From an uncultured Gemmatimonadales bacterium (GTDB lineage Bacteria > Gemmatimonadota > Gemmatimonadetes > Gemmatimonadales > GWC2-71-9), in assembly GCA_963844445.1 (NCBI GenBank), contig CAWJOB010000002.1, forward strand, positions 73,715 to 137,714: a stretch of 64,000 nucleotides of DNA. The letters run 5' to 3'. Under the pieces are notes generated by a model. That model did not search any database. It had not been told where the DNA came from and worked only from the letters and a program-made list of their open reading frames with translations. Positions 31,730-40,269 of this stretch are shown here, piece by piece. Positions within the stretch are counted from its first letter, which is position 1; every line of letters starts with the position of its first letter. The translations under genes and the position numbers were made by a program.

Positions 31730-32973
31730 CAGCCCGCCACCGCGGCACCCGTGCCGCGCGCTTCGAGGACCTGTTGCCGGTGGCCGGAGCCCCGGATGAA
31801 CACGCCGCTGTCGAGGACGCCGAAGACCAGGAAAGCGATGCCGATGTTGAGGCCGAAGAGGATCAGGGAGCCCGTGACCGGGCTATCCACCTCGAGCACC
31901 CGTTCGACCAGATACAGCGCGGTGCACATCACCATGATGTAGGCCAGCGCGAGGGGCATCATGACTTTCCAGCCGAGGGCCATGAGCTGGTCGTAGCGGA
32001 ACCGGGGCAACGTCCAGCGGATCCACATCACCACGAAGATCCAGAAGAGGACCTTGAAGAAAAAGAACAGCCAGGTCGCGAGCGTTGGCAGCAGTCCGCC
32101 CGACCGGTCCCAATCGGTGAAGGGGATGTCCCATCCGCCGAAGAAGAGCGTCGTGATCATGGCGCAGACCGTCACCACGTTGGCGTACTCCGCGATGAAG
32201 AAGAAGGAGAACTTCATCGCGCTGTACTCGGTGTGGTAACCGGTGATCAGCTCGGATTCGGCCTCGGGCAGGTCGAAGGGCAGCCGGTTGGTCTCGGCGA
32301 AGCCGGCGACGGTAAAGATGAAGAACGAGAGGAACAAGGGCATCACGTACCAGATGCCCGCCTGTTGCTGCGCCACGATGACCGGAAAGCTCACGTCGCC
32401 CGACATCAGCAAGACGGGAATGAGGCTGAGCCCCATCGCCACCTCGTAGGACACCATCTGGGCGCTGGCCCGGAGCCCGCCGAGCAGCGCGTACTTACTG
32501 TTGGACGACCAGCCCGCCAGCGCGATCCCGTACACGCCGAGTGAGCTGATGGCGAGCACGAAGAGGAATCCGACCGGCACCTCGGCCACCACCATGGGCA
32601 TGGGGCCGTGGTGTATGAAGCGGCCCAGGGGCCCGAGCGTGAAGTCGAAGTCGACCGGCAGCGGCGCGGCGAATGGGATGACGGCGGACAACAGCAGCGC
32701 GGGAATGAAGGAGAGCGCCGGGGCGACGGTGAAGAGCCAGGGGTTCGCCAGCGCGGGCAGGGTCTCTTCCTTGAGGATGTTCTTTACCCCATCCGCCGCC
32801 GGTTGCAGGAGTCCGGCCCAGCCGACCCGGTTGGGGCCGTGGCGGTTCTGCATCCAGGCGCTGACCTTCCGCTCCATGAGGGTGAGCAACGCCACGCCGA
32901 TCATGATGATCGTGAAAACCACGACCATCTTGAGAACGCTCAACAGGAGGTAGCCCTTGAGCTCGGGACTCAC
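31729..32973 (-). CDS. nuoH: NADH-quinone oxidoreductase subunit H
   Basis: ERKVSAWMQNRHGPNRVG, AETNRLPFDLPEAESEL, PRFRYDQLM; GTG start overlaps the nuoG stop. Confidence 0.96.
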   Translation of the reverse strand: MSPELKGYLLLSVLKMVVVFTIIMIGVALLTLMERKVSAWMQNRHGPNRVGWAGLLQPAADGVKNILKEETLPALANPWLFTVAPALSFIPALLLSAVIPFAAPLPVDFDFTLGPLGRFIHHGPMPMVVAEVPVGFLFVLAISSLGVYGIALAGWSSNSKYALLGGLRASAQMVSYEVAMGLSLIPVLLMSGDVSFPVIVAQQQAGIWYVMPLFLSFFIFTVAGFAETNRLPFDLPEAESELITGYHTEYSAMKFSFFFIAEYANVVTVCAMITTLFFGGWDIPFTDWDRSGGLLPTLATWLFFFFKVLFWIFVVMWIRWTLPRFRYDQLMALGWKVMMPLALAYIMVMCTALYLVERVLEVDSPVTGSLILFGLNIGIAFLVFGVLDSGVFIRGSGHRQQVLEARGTGAAVAG

Positions 32974-34553
32974 CGCGCGCCCCCCGCTCCGGCCGGGACT
33001 TCGCCTAGGACGCGGCCGGCATACCCGACATCGTCGTGGGTGATGCCCGCGAGCGTCGGCCACCACTGGCCGAGGAGCGCGAAGGCCTCGGCGGCGGTCG
33101 AGGGTGCGGAGGGGTCCGGGCCCGGACCGGCCAGCACCTCGCCCGCGACCCACCAGGCCGGCCGCGCCATGCCCGGCTGCGCCTTGGCCTGCTGGTAGCG
33201 CTGGATCCGCCGGTCACGATTCACGTATGTCCCATTCTCCTCGGCCATGTTGGTGACCGGCAGAATCAGCTCCGCGTTTCTCGCTTCCGGCATCACGGTA
33301 CCGAGAACGACCAGGATTCCCGGGGCGGCGGCCAAGGCCGCCTCGTCGTCCGGATCGAGGTCGGCATCGAGCACGATCACGAGTCCGGCCCCCGATACCT
33401 CGCGCAGGGCGACGTCCCACTTGCTCCCGTATCCCAGCAGCTCGGCGCCCGCGAGGTTCGGTGTGCGCTCGCGTCTCAACGCGAGTCCGGGCACGCCCGC
33501 GAGCGGAGCCTCCTCCCCCAGAGGCACCCGAACGGCGGCAGTGACTTGAAAGCGGTCGACCATCCGCTTGACCAGGCCGAGCGATTCGGTAGAAGCGCGG
33601 CCTGACGCAAGGATCACCGCGCTGCCCGATGCGCCGTGGACCACCTGCTCCAGCCGGGCGAGGGCGGTGTCCCAGTCGGTCGCCACGTGCCGTGTGCCGT
33701 CGCGGACCAGGGGCGCTTCCACCCGGTCGCCGCGGTTCATCCACCGGTAGCTCATGCGGCCGTAGTCGCAGATGAAATGCCGGTTGACCTCGAGATTCGG
33801 CCGGGGCCTGATCCGGACCACCACGTCGTCGCGGGTGTCGAGATTGATGTTGCAGCCCTGGGTACATCCAGGACAGACGCTCGCGGTCTTGTCGAGGTCC
33901 CAGGCCCGGGCCTTGTGCAGGAAGTCCTTGGACAGGAGCGAGCCGACGGGACACAGGTCCACCACATTGCCGGCCCAGGGATGGTCGAGCCGCTCCTGCT
34001 CGGCGATTCCGATGTAGGCCCGGTCGCCGCGCTCGGAGACGTTCAGCACCGGCGTCTCGGCGACGTCTTCCATGAAGCGGACGCAGCGGGTGCAGAGAAT
34101 GCACCGATTGGGGACGTATAGCACGTCCGGGCCGAAGTCCTCCACCGGATTGTACCGCTTGGCGTACTCCTTATATCGCGTGCCGGCGCGGCCTTCCTGA
34201 AACACGTAGTTCTGCAGCTCGCACTCGCCGGCCTGATCGCAGATCGGACAATCGAGCGGGTGGTTGATCAGCAGGAGCTCGAGCACCCCCTCGCGAGCCT
34301 GCTTGGCGCTCTCGCTGTTCACGTGCACCACCTGCCCCTCGGCAACCGCCGTGACGCACGCCGGCATCAGCTTGGGGGCCTTCTCCACCTCCACCAGGCA
34401 CATCCGGCACACGGCCGGGGACGGCAGCGAGGGATGGTAGCAGTAATGGGGCACCAGAAGACCGGCCTGCTTGGCGGCCTCGATGACCATGGTGCCCTTC
34501 GGCACCGCGATCTGCATTCCGTCGATCGTTACGTTGACCAGCTCGTCAGCCAT
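32970..34553 (-). CDS. nuoG: NADH-quinone oxidoreductase subunit G (short form, 527 aa)
   Basis: CYH..CRMC, HPLDCPICDQAGEC, CILCTRC...CPVG, CPGCTQGC...C; position between nuoF and nuoH. Confidence 0.93.
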   Translation of the reverse strand: MADELVNVTIDGMQIAVPKGTMVIEAAKQAGLLVPHYCYHPSLPSPAVCRMCLVEVEKAPKLMPACVTAVAEGQVVHVNSESAKQAREGVLELLLINHPLDCPICDQAGECELQNYVFQEGRAGTRYKEYAKRYNPVEDFGPDVLYVPNRCILCTRCVRFMEDVAETPVLNVSERGDRAYIGIAEQERLDHPWAGNVVDLCPVGSLLSKDFLHKARAWDLDKTASVCPGCTQGCNINLDTRDDVVVRIRPRPNLEVNRHFICDYGRMSYRWMNRGDRVEAPLVRDGTRHVATDWDTALARLEQVVHGASGSAVILASGRASTESLGLVKRMVDRFQVTAAVRVPLGEEAPLAGVPGLALRRERTPNLAGAELLGYGSKWDVALREVSGAGLVIVLDADLDPDDEAALAAAPGILVVLGTVMPEARNAELILPVTNMAEENGTYVNRDRRIQRYQQAKAQPGMARPAWWVAGEVLAGPGPDPSAPSTAAEAFALLGQWWPTLAGITHDDVGYAGRVLGEVPAGAGGAR

Positions 34554-34620
34554 TCTCTTCCCCTGGGGGTTCCGAGCAGTTCGAAGACGAGGCGGAACGG
34601 CGGAACGGCGCCGCTCACTC

Positions 34621-35928
34621 TCACACCGCGGACAACGCCGGCTCACGCGAGCCCGCGATGTAGGCCTCGAACTCGGAGCGAAACTTCTGGATGCCGCTCA
34701 CCACGGGGGCGGCGCAGGAATCGCTCAGGACGCAGATGGTCTTTCCGGTCATGTTCTCCGAGAGGTCGAGCAGCAGCTGGAAATCGTCCTGCTTGCCCTT
34801 CCCGGCCAGGATCCGCTCGAGAACCTTGGTGGTCCAGGCGGTGCCCTCGCGGCACTGGGTGCACTGGGCGCAGGACTCGTGGGCGTAGAACCGGGCCAAA
34901 CGCCAGATCTGATAGACCATGTCGGTGCTGTCGTCCATCACGATCATGCCCGCCGAGCCGAGCATGGACCCCTTCTCGACGACGCCCTCATAGTCGAAGA
35001 GCGCCTCCTCCGCCTCCTGGATGGTCATGATCGGCACCGACGAGCCGCCCGGGATGACCGCCTTGAACTTCCGACCGGCGGGCGGTCCCCCGCACATGTC
35101 GTACAGGATGTCCCGTATCGGGGTGCCCATGGTGACTTCGTAGTTACCTGGCCGCTGCACGTGCCCGCAGACCGAGACCAGCTTGGTGCCGGTGCTCTTC
35201 GGATTGCCCAGGCAGAGCGACTTGTACCAGGCCGCCCCCCGGTTCAGGATGTGCGGCACGGCGGCGAGCGTCTCGACGTTATTGATCGTGGTGGGCATCC
35301 CGAACAAGCCTGCCACCGCCGGAAACGGGGGCTTGATCCGGGGATTTCCCCGCTTGCCCTCGATCGAGTTCATCATCGCGGTCTCTTCGCCGCAGATGTA
35401 CGCCCCCGCGCCACGATGCAGCACCATCTCGATCCGCTTGCCGCTGCCGAACACGTTGTCGCCCAGCGCGCCGTCGGCCAGCGCTTCCTCGACCGCAGCA
35501 CTCATGACTTTCCAGGGCTCGGTGAACTCGCCCCGGATGTAGATGTAGCAACGCTCCGCTCCGATGGCGTACGCCGCGATGGCGCATCCCTCGATGAGGG
35601 CGTGCGGTGTCCAGCGCATGATCTCGCGGTCCTTGAAGGTGCCCGGCTCCGATTCGTCGGCGTTGCAGACGAGGTAGTGCGGCTTCACCACCTCTTTCGG
35701 CATGAACGACCATTTGAGCCCGGTCGGGAATCCGGCGCCCCCGCGGCCGCGGAGACCGGAGGCCTTCACTTCCTCGATGATGGATTCGCGCGTCATCCCA
35801 ACGGCCTTGCGCAGCGCCTGGTAGCCGCCGTGCTTCACCCAGCCGGCGTAGCTCCTCGCGTCCGGGTCTCCAAAGTGCTTGGAGAGGACCACGTTCTCCT
35901 TGGGATGGCTGGGATGGGGATAGCCCAT
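34621..35928 (-). CDS. nuoF: NADH-quinone oxidoreductase subunit F
   Basis: GLRGRGGAGFPTGLKW, NADESEPGTFKD, GAGAYICGEET, ESCAQCTQCREG. Confidence 0.97.
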   Translation of the reverse strand: MGYPHPSHPKENVVLSKHFGDPDARSYAGWVKHGGYQALRKAVGMTRESIIEEVKASGLRGRGGAGFPTGLKWSFMPKEVVKPHYLVCNADESEPGTFKDREIMRWTPHALIEGCAIAAYAIGAERCYIYIRGEFTEPWKVMSAAVEEALADGALGDNVFGSGKRIEMVLHRGAGAYICGEETAMMNSIEGKRGNPRIKPPFPAVAGLFGMPTTINNVETLAAVPHILNRGAAWYKSLCLGNPKSTGTKLVSVCGHVQRPGNYEVTMGTPIRDILYDMCGGPPAGRKFKAVIPGGSSVPIMTIQEAEEALFDYEGVVEKGSMLGSAGMIVMDDSTDMVYQIWRLARFYAHESCAQCTQCREGTAWTTKVLERILAGKGKQDDFQLLLDLSENMTGKTICVLSDSCAAPVVSGIQKFRSEFEAYIAGSREPALSAV

Positions 35929-36458
35929 TACTCGTACCTCTGCACGATGCCCTTGACCTTCTCGGGGGCTACGTTCTCGATGAAGTCGTCGTCCACCAGA
36001 ATCGGCGTGGGGAATCCGCAGGCACCGAGGCACTCCACCTCGATCACGGTGAAGCGGCCATCCGGACTGGTAGCACCCAGTTCTCCACACCCGGTCTCCT
36101 TCAGCAGCGCCTTCACCACATCCTCCGCCCCACAGATGTTGCAGGGGCTCGTGGTGCAGACCTGCACGAAGTGCCGGCCGACCGGGTGGGTGTGGTACAT
36201 CGTGTAGAAGGTCACGACGCCCTTCACGTAGGCCGGGGTCAGGTCCAGCACCTCGGCCACCTCGCCGATCGCCTGTTCCGAGATCCAGCCGTGCGCTTCC
36301 TGCACCATCCAGAGGGCCGGCAGGAGGCAGGCCTGCTTGGTGGGGTACAAGGTGAACAGCTGATCCAGGCGAGCCCGGGTCGGGCCGGTGAAGACCGGCG
36401 CGTACTCTTCGGCCGGGGCGGTGCCATGGCCCGCCGTGCCACCGTGACCTCCGCTCAT
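35928..36458 (-). CDS. nuoE: NADH-quinone oxidoreductase subunit E
   Basis: VVTFYTMY, CTTSPC, ECLGAC 2Fe-2S ligands. Confidence 0.95.
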   Translation of the reverse strand: MSGGHGGTAGHGTAPAEEYAPVFTGPTRARLDQLFTLYPTKQACLLPALWMVQEAHGWISEQAIGEVAEVLDLTPAYVKGVVTFYTMYHTHPVGRHFVQVCTTSPCNICGAEDVVKALLKETGCGELGATSPDGRFTVIEVECLGACGFPTPILVDDDFIENVAPEKVKGIVQRYE

Positions 36459-37750
36459 CGATCGACCTCTCCCATGACGATATCCACGCTCGCATTGATG
36501 GCGATGACGTCCGCCAAGAGGGCACCCTCGCACATCTTCGGCAGGCTGGACAAGTTGATGAACGAGGGCGGCCTGATCCGCCAGCGCACCGGCTTCGCGG
36601 TGCCGTCGGAGACGAAGTAATAGCCCAGCTCGCCCTTGGGATTCTCGATCCCCATGTACGCCTCCCCGGCGGGCGGCTTCACCCCTTCCATCACCTGCTT
36701 GAAATGGAAGATCATCGCCTCCATGTCGCTCATCGCACGCGACTTGGGGGGGAGAATGACGCGGGGGTCGTCGACGTTGATGGGCGCGCCCGCCAGGGCG
36801 GCGAGCCGGTCCAGCGCCTGCTCCAGAATCCGGTTCGCCTGCCACATCTCCTCGAGCCGGACGCGATAGCGGTCGTAGATGTCGCCGTGCTCGCCGACCG
36901 GGACGTCGAAGTCGTAGGTCTCGTAGCCGAGGTAGGGCCGGTCCTTGCGGACGTCGTAGTCCACGCCGCTCGCCCGCAGCATGGGCCCCGACAGCGAGTG
37001 GTTGGTCGCCTCTTCGGCGCTAAGCACGCCCACGCCCTGGGTGCGTCCGATCCAGATCGCATTGCGGGTGAACATCGTGTCCACTTCGCGCAGCGTGCCC
37101 GGAAACGTACGGGTGAACTCGCGGAGACCGCTCTGGAACCCGTCGGGAACGTCGGCCATCATGCCCCCGACCCGGGTGAGGCTGGTCGTGAGCCGCGCGC
37201 CGGTCCACATCTCCTGGAGGTTGTAGATCCGCTCCCGCTCCTGGAACGACCAGAGGAAGGGCGTGAAGGCGCCCAGATCGATCCCGGTCGTCCCCAACCA
37301 CACCAGGTGGGAGATGATCCGGCTCATCTCGCAGGCGATCACCCGCAGCACCTGACAGCGCTCGGTCACCGCGAGGCCCATCATCTTCTCGACGGCCAGG
37401 GCCAGACCGACGTTGTTGGCCATGGGCGAGAGGTAGTCGGTGCGGTCGGTGAGCGGGATGATCTGGTTGTAGTGGCGATACTCGCCCAGCTTCTCGAAAC
37501 CGGAGTGCAGGTAACCCAGGTGCGGGATGCAGCGCTTGACAGTCTCGCCTTCCATCTCCAGCACCAGCCGCAGCACGCCGTGGGTGGCGGGATGCTGGGG
37601 GCCGATGTTCACCAACATGCGCTCGGCGTCGAAGTCCGCGTCGTAGCCGCCGGCCGCCGATTTGCCGGCCCCCACGGGAACGCGGGTCACCCTCCCCTCC
37701 TGGTCCAGGCCGGGAGTCGCGAGCGCCATCTCGACGGTGCGCAGGCTCAT
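36455..37750 (-). CDS. nuoD: NADH-quinone oxidoreductase subunit D
   Basis: NIGPQHPATHGVLRL, GYLHSGFEK, ENPKGE, GEVDR end. Confidence 0.97.
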   Translation of the reverse strand: MSLRTVEMALATPGLDQEGRVTRVPVGAGKSAAGGYDADFDAERMLVNIGPQHPATHGVLRLVLEMEGETVKRCIPHLGYLHSGFEKLGEYRHYNQIIPLTDRTDYLSPMANNVGLALAVEKMMGLAVTERCQVLRVIACEMSRIISHLVWLGTTGIDLGAFTPFLWSFQERERIYNLQEMWTGARLTTSLTRVGGMMADVPDGFQSGLREFTRTFPGTLREVDTMFTRNAIWIGRTQGVGVLSAEEATNHSLSGPMLRASGVDYDVRKDRPYLGYETYDFDVPVGEHGDIYDRYRVRLEEMWQANRILEQALDRLAALAGAPINVDDPRVILPPKSRAMSDMEAMIFHFKQVMEGVKPPAGEAYMGIENPKGELGYYFVSDGTAKPVRWRIRPPSFINLSSLPKMCEGALLADVIAINASVDIVMGEVDR

Positions 37751-38373
37751 TTCAGGAACCCCCGCTCCCCTCGGGCCAGCCGCTCCCGCATGTCGGGCGG
37801 CAGCTCGTCGAACGATTCGGCGATGGACAGCTCTTCCAGCGAGTAGTGGGCTTCGGGATTGGCGGCGAGGGCCTGCCGGGTCTGCTCCGCGCGGCTGAAA
37901 TGGCCGCGCAGGGGAAAACTCTTCCTCAGCGGGTACCCCTCGGCATAGGTCTCCCACATCAGAATGCGCCGCAAGTCGGGATGCCCCGCGAAGACGATGC
38001 CGAACATGTCGTAGACCTCGCGTTCCAGCCAGTCGGCGCCGCGCCAGAGGTCCACCACCGAACGGACCTCGAGCGCCTCGCGCTTGTCCAGCGCGACCTT
38101 GACCCGGAGATCCGCTTTCCGCGGGAGCGAGCGGAGCTGGTAGACCACCTCGATCGCCCGCTCGGGATCGCGGTACTCGACCGCGGTCACGTCGGTGAGA
38201 TAGTCGTACTGTTGGCCTTGGGCGTCCTTGAGCCAGGCCAGGACGTCATGACTCCGCGCCTTGCTGGCGTAGACGATGGTGTCGCCGCAGGAGACGAGGT
38301 GGCGCTCGATGGCCGGGCCGAACTCGGCGCGGAGGGCTGGGACGCTGGGAGAGACGCTGGCCGCGGCCGTCAT
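37747..38373 (-). CDS. nuoC: NADH-quinone oxidoreductase subunit C
   Basis: ADWLEREVYDMFGIVFAGHPDLRRILM, YPLRK. Confidence 0.95.
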   Translation of the reverse strand: MTAAASVSPSVPALRAEFGPAIERHLVSCGDTIVYASKARSHDVLAWLKDAQGQQYDYLTDVTAVEYRDPERAIEVVYQLRSLPRKADLRVKVALDKREALEVRSVVDLWRGADWLEREVYDMFGIVFAGHPDLRRILMWETYAEGYPLRKSFPLRGHFSRAEQTRQALAANPEAHYSLEELSIAESFDELPPDMRERLARGERGFLK

Positions 38374-38374
38374 C

Positions 38375-38424
38375 TGTCAGGCCGAGGAAGGCGCGCACGA
38401 TCCCTATCGGCGCTCGGAATGACA
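38375..38424. repeat. 50-bp REP-like palindromic element, copy 2 (nuoB-nuoC spacer)
   Basis: TGTCAGGCCGAG...CTCGGAATGACA inverted ends; the core on the minus strand matches 62316-62338 at 18/23 positions. Confidence 0.55.
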
Positions 38425-38443
38425 CGCTGGCGAGTGCGGTGCA

Positions 38444-39073
38444 TCATGCCGATCGAGTCTGATGAACCGAGTTGCCGAAGGGCTCCGACAGCTCGTCCAC
38501 CCGCTCTGGCGGCAGGAAAAGCCCGGAGGGACCGACCAGCTTCTCGTCGCGGAGGGATTCGTCGGTGAAGCTTTCTCCCTTGATCTTCTTCTGCAGTAGG
38601 AGGATGCCGTACATGAGGCCCTCGGGTCGCGGCGGACAGCCCGGGACGTAGACATCCACCGGCACGATGGTGTCGATGCCCTGCACCATCGAGTAGTTGT
38701 CGAAGATCCCGCCGGACGAGGCGCAGGCACCCATGGAGATGCACCACTTGGGCTGGGGCATCTGGTCCCAGATGCGCCGGATCACGGGGGCCAGCTTGAA
38801 CGGCAGTCGCCCGGCACAGATGAGCACGTCCGCCTGGCGGGGGGAGAAGGCCTGCCGCTCCATCCCGAACCGGGCGATGTCGAACCGGCTGGCGGCCGTC
38901 GCCATGTACTCGATGGCGCAGCACGCGGTGCCGAACGGCATCGGCCACAGGGAATTGGCCCGGGCCCAGTTGGTGAGGGCGTCGAGCTTGGTGACCACCC
39001 AGTTGGGTGAAACCGCGGCGACGCTGGTGATCTCGTCCCCGCGATTCTGCACGGCGGGGTTGGTCAATCCCAT
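38444..39073 (-). CDS. nuoB: NADH-quinone oxidoreductase subunit B
   Basis: [34 protein letters not shown]. Confidence 0.97.
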   Translation of the reverse strand: MGLTNPAVQNRGDEITSVAAVSPNWVVTKLDALTNWARANSLWPMPFGTACCAIEYMATAASRFDIARFGMERQAFSPRQADVLICAGRLPFKLAPVIRRIWDQMPQPKWCISMGACASSGGIFDNYSMVQGIDTIVPVDVYVPGCPPRPEGLMYGILLLQKKIKGESFTDESLRDEKLVGPSGLFLPPERVDELSEPFGNSVHQTRSA

Positions 39074-39429
39074 TGCAACGCTCCACGCTTCCAGATGTAG
39101 ACGTACCCCACCGCCAAAATGACGATGAAGACGAACATCTCGATGATGAGCACGCCGGCGATCTCACCCATCTGCCGAAACGCGACGGCCCACGGGATCA
39201 TGAACACGGTCTCGATGTCGAAGATGATGAACAGCATCGCGACCAGATAGAACTTCACCGAGAACCGCTCCCGCGCATCCCCCAGCACCGGCATGCCCGA
39301 CTCGTACGGCGCGATTTTCGTCGGGGTCCGGCGGTAGGTCGAGAAGATGTGCGAGACGGCCAGCATCAGGATCGCATTCGCGATCACGAATGCGATCAGC
39401 AGGAGGACCGGAATGTACGGCTGCAGCAT
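39064..39429 (-). CDS. nuoA: NADH-quinone oxidoreductase subunit A
   Basis: [24 protein letters not shown]. Confidence 0.96.
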   Translation of the reverse strand: MLQPYIPVLLLIAFVIANAILMLAVSHIFSTYRRTPTKIAPYESGMPVLGDARERFSVKFYLVAMLFIIFDIETVFMIPWAVAFRQMGEIAGVLIIEMFVFIVILAVGYVYIWKRGALQWD

Positions 39430-39468
39430 GGGTGTCCGGTTGAAGGGTGGCCGTGGCCTATCTCGCAG

Positions 39469-39497
39469 AAGGTAAGGCCGTTACGAAGCGGATTCAA
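39469..39497 (-). promoter_or_regulatory. sigma70-type promoter of the nuo operon
   Basis: TTGAAT (39497-39492), 17 bp, TACCTT (39474-39469). Confidence 0.55.
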
Positions 39498-39685
39498 CCC
39501 GCGATAGACGGCCCGGCAACCGAGCTTGGGCGGCTTCGCGAACCCCGGAAAACCCCGGCCGGAACCGAGCCCGTCGACCGGCCGGTCCGGGGCGCGCTTC
39601 CGGTCGCCCCCCGCACTATATTGCGGCCCATTCTCAGGCGGCCGTCACCTTCCGCCCGCCCGCCTGTCCGTCCGCCGAGGCCCCA

Positions 39686-40264
39686 ATGTCCATCAAGTCC
39701 GACCGCTGGATCCGTCGCATGGCCCTGGAGCACAACATGATCGAGCCGTTCACCGAGCGGCAGGTGCGGCAGGCCGATGCCCAGGGTCGGCGGGCCATTT
39801 CCTATGGGGTCTCGAGCTACGGTTACGACATGCGGGTGGCACCCGAATTCAAGATCTTCACCAACGTCCTGAGCGCCATGGTGGACCCCAAGGAATTCGA
39901 CGCTCGGAGCTTCGTGGAGTTCGAAGGGCCGGTCTGCATCGTGCCCCCGAACAGCTTCGCCCTGGCCCGCTCGGTGGAGTACTTCCGGATTCCCCGAAAC
40001 GTGCTCACCATCTGTGTCGGCAAGAGCACCTACGCGCGATGCGGGATCATCACCAACGTCACGCCCTTCGAGCCGGAGTGGGAGGGGCACGTGACGCTCG
40101 AGATCAGCAACACCACCCCGCTGCCGGCCAAGATCTACGCCAACGAGGGCATCTGCCAGGTCCTCTTCTTCGAGGCCGACGCGGACGATATCTGCGAGGT
40201 CAGCTACGCGGACAAGGAGGGGAAGTATCAGGGACAGAAAGGTGTGACCCTGCCGCGGCTGTAA
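39686..40264 (+). CDS. dcd: dCTP deaminase
   Basis: [45 protein letters not shown]. Confidence 0.96.
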   Translation: MSIKSDRWIRRMALEHNMIEPFTERQVRQADAQGRRAISYGVSSYGYDMRVAPEFKIFTNVLSAMVDPKEFDARSFVEFEGPVCIVPPNSFALARSVEYFRIPRNVLTICVGKSTYARCGIITNVTPFEPEWEGHVTLEISNTTPLPAKIYANEGICQVLFFEADADDICEVSYADKEGKYQGQKGVTLPRL

Positions 40265-40269
40265 CGACC

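Noticed and set aside
34591..34610. GGCGGAAC tandem in the nuoF-nuoG gap, and CCGC/CCGT runs at 39651-39676
   Set aside because: Only 2-3 short units in high-GC DNA; not enough to call a repeat family
39430..39685. Riboswitch or ncRNA in the nuoA-dcd spacer
   Set aside because: No recognisable family motif; divergent promoters explain the gap
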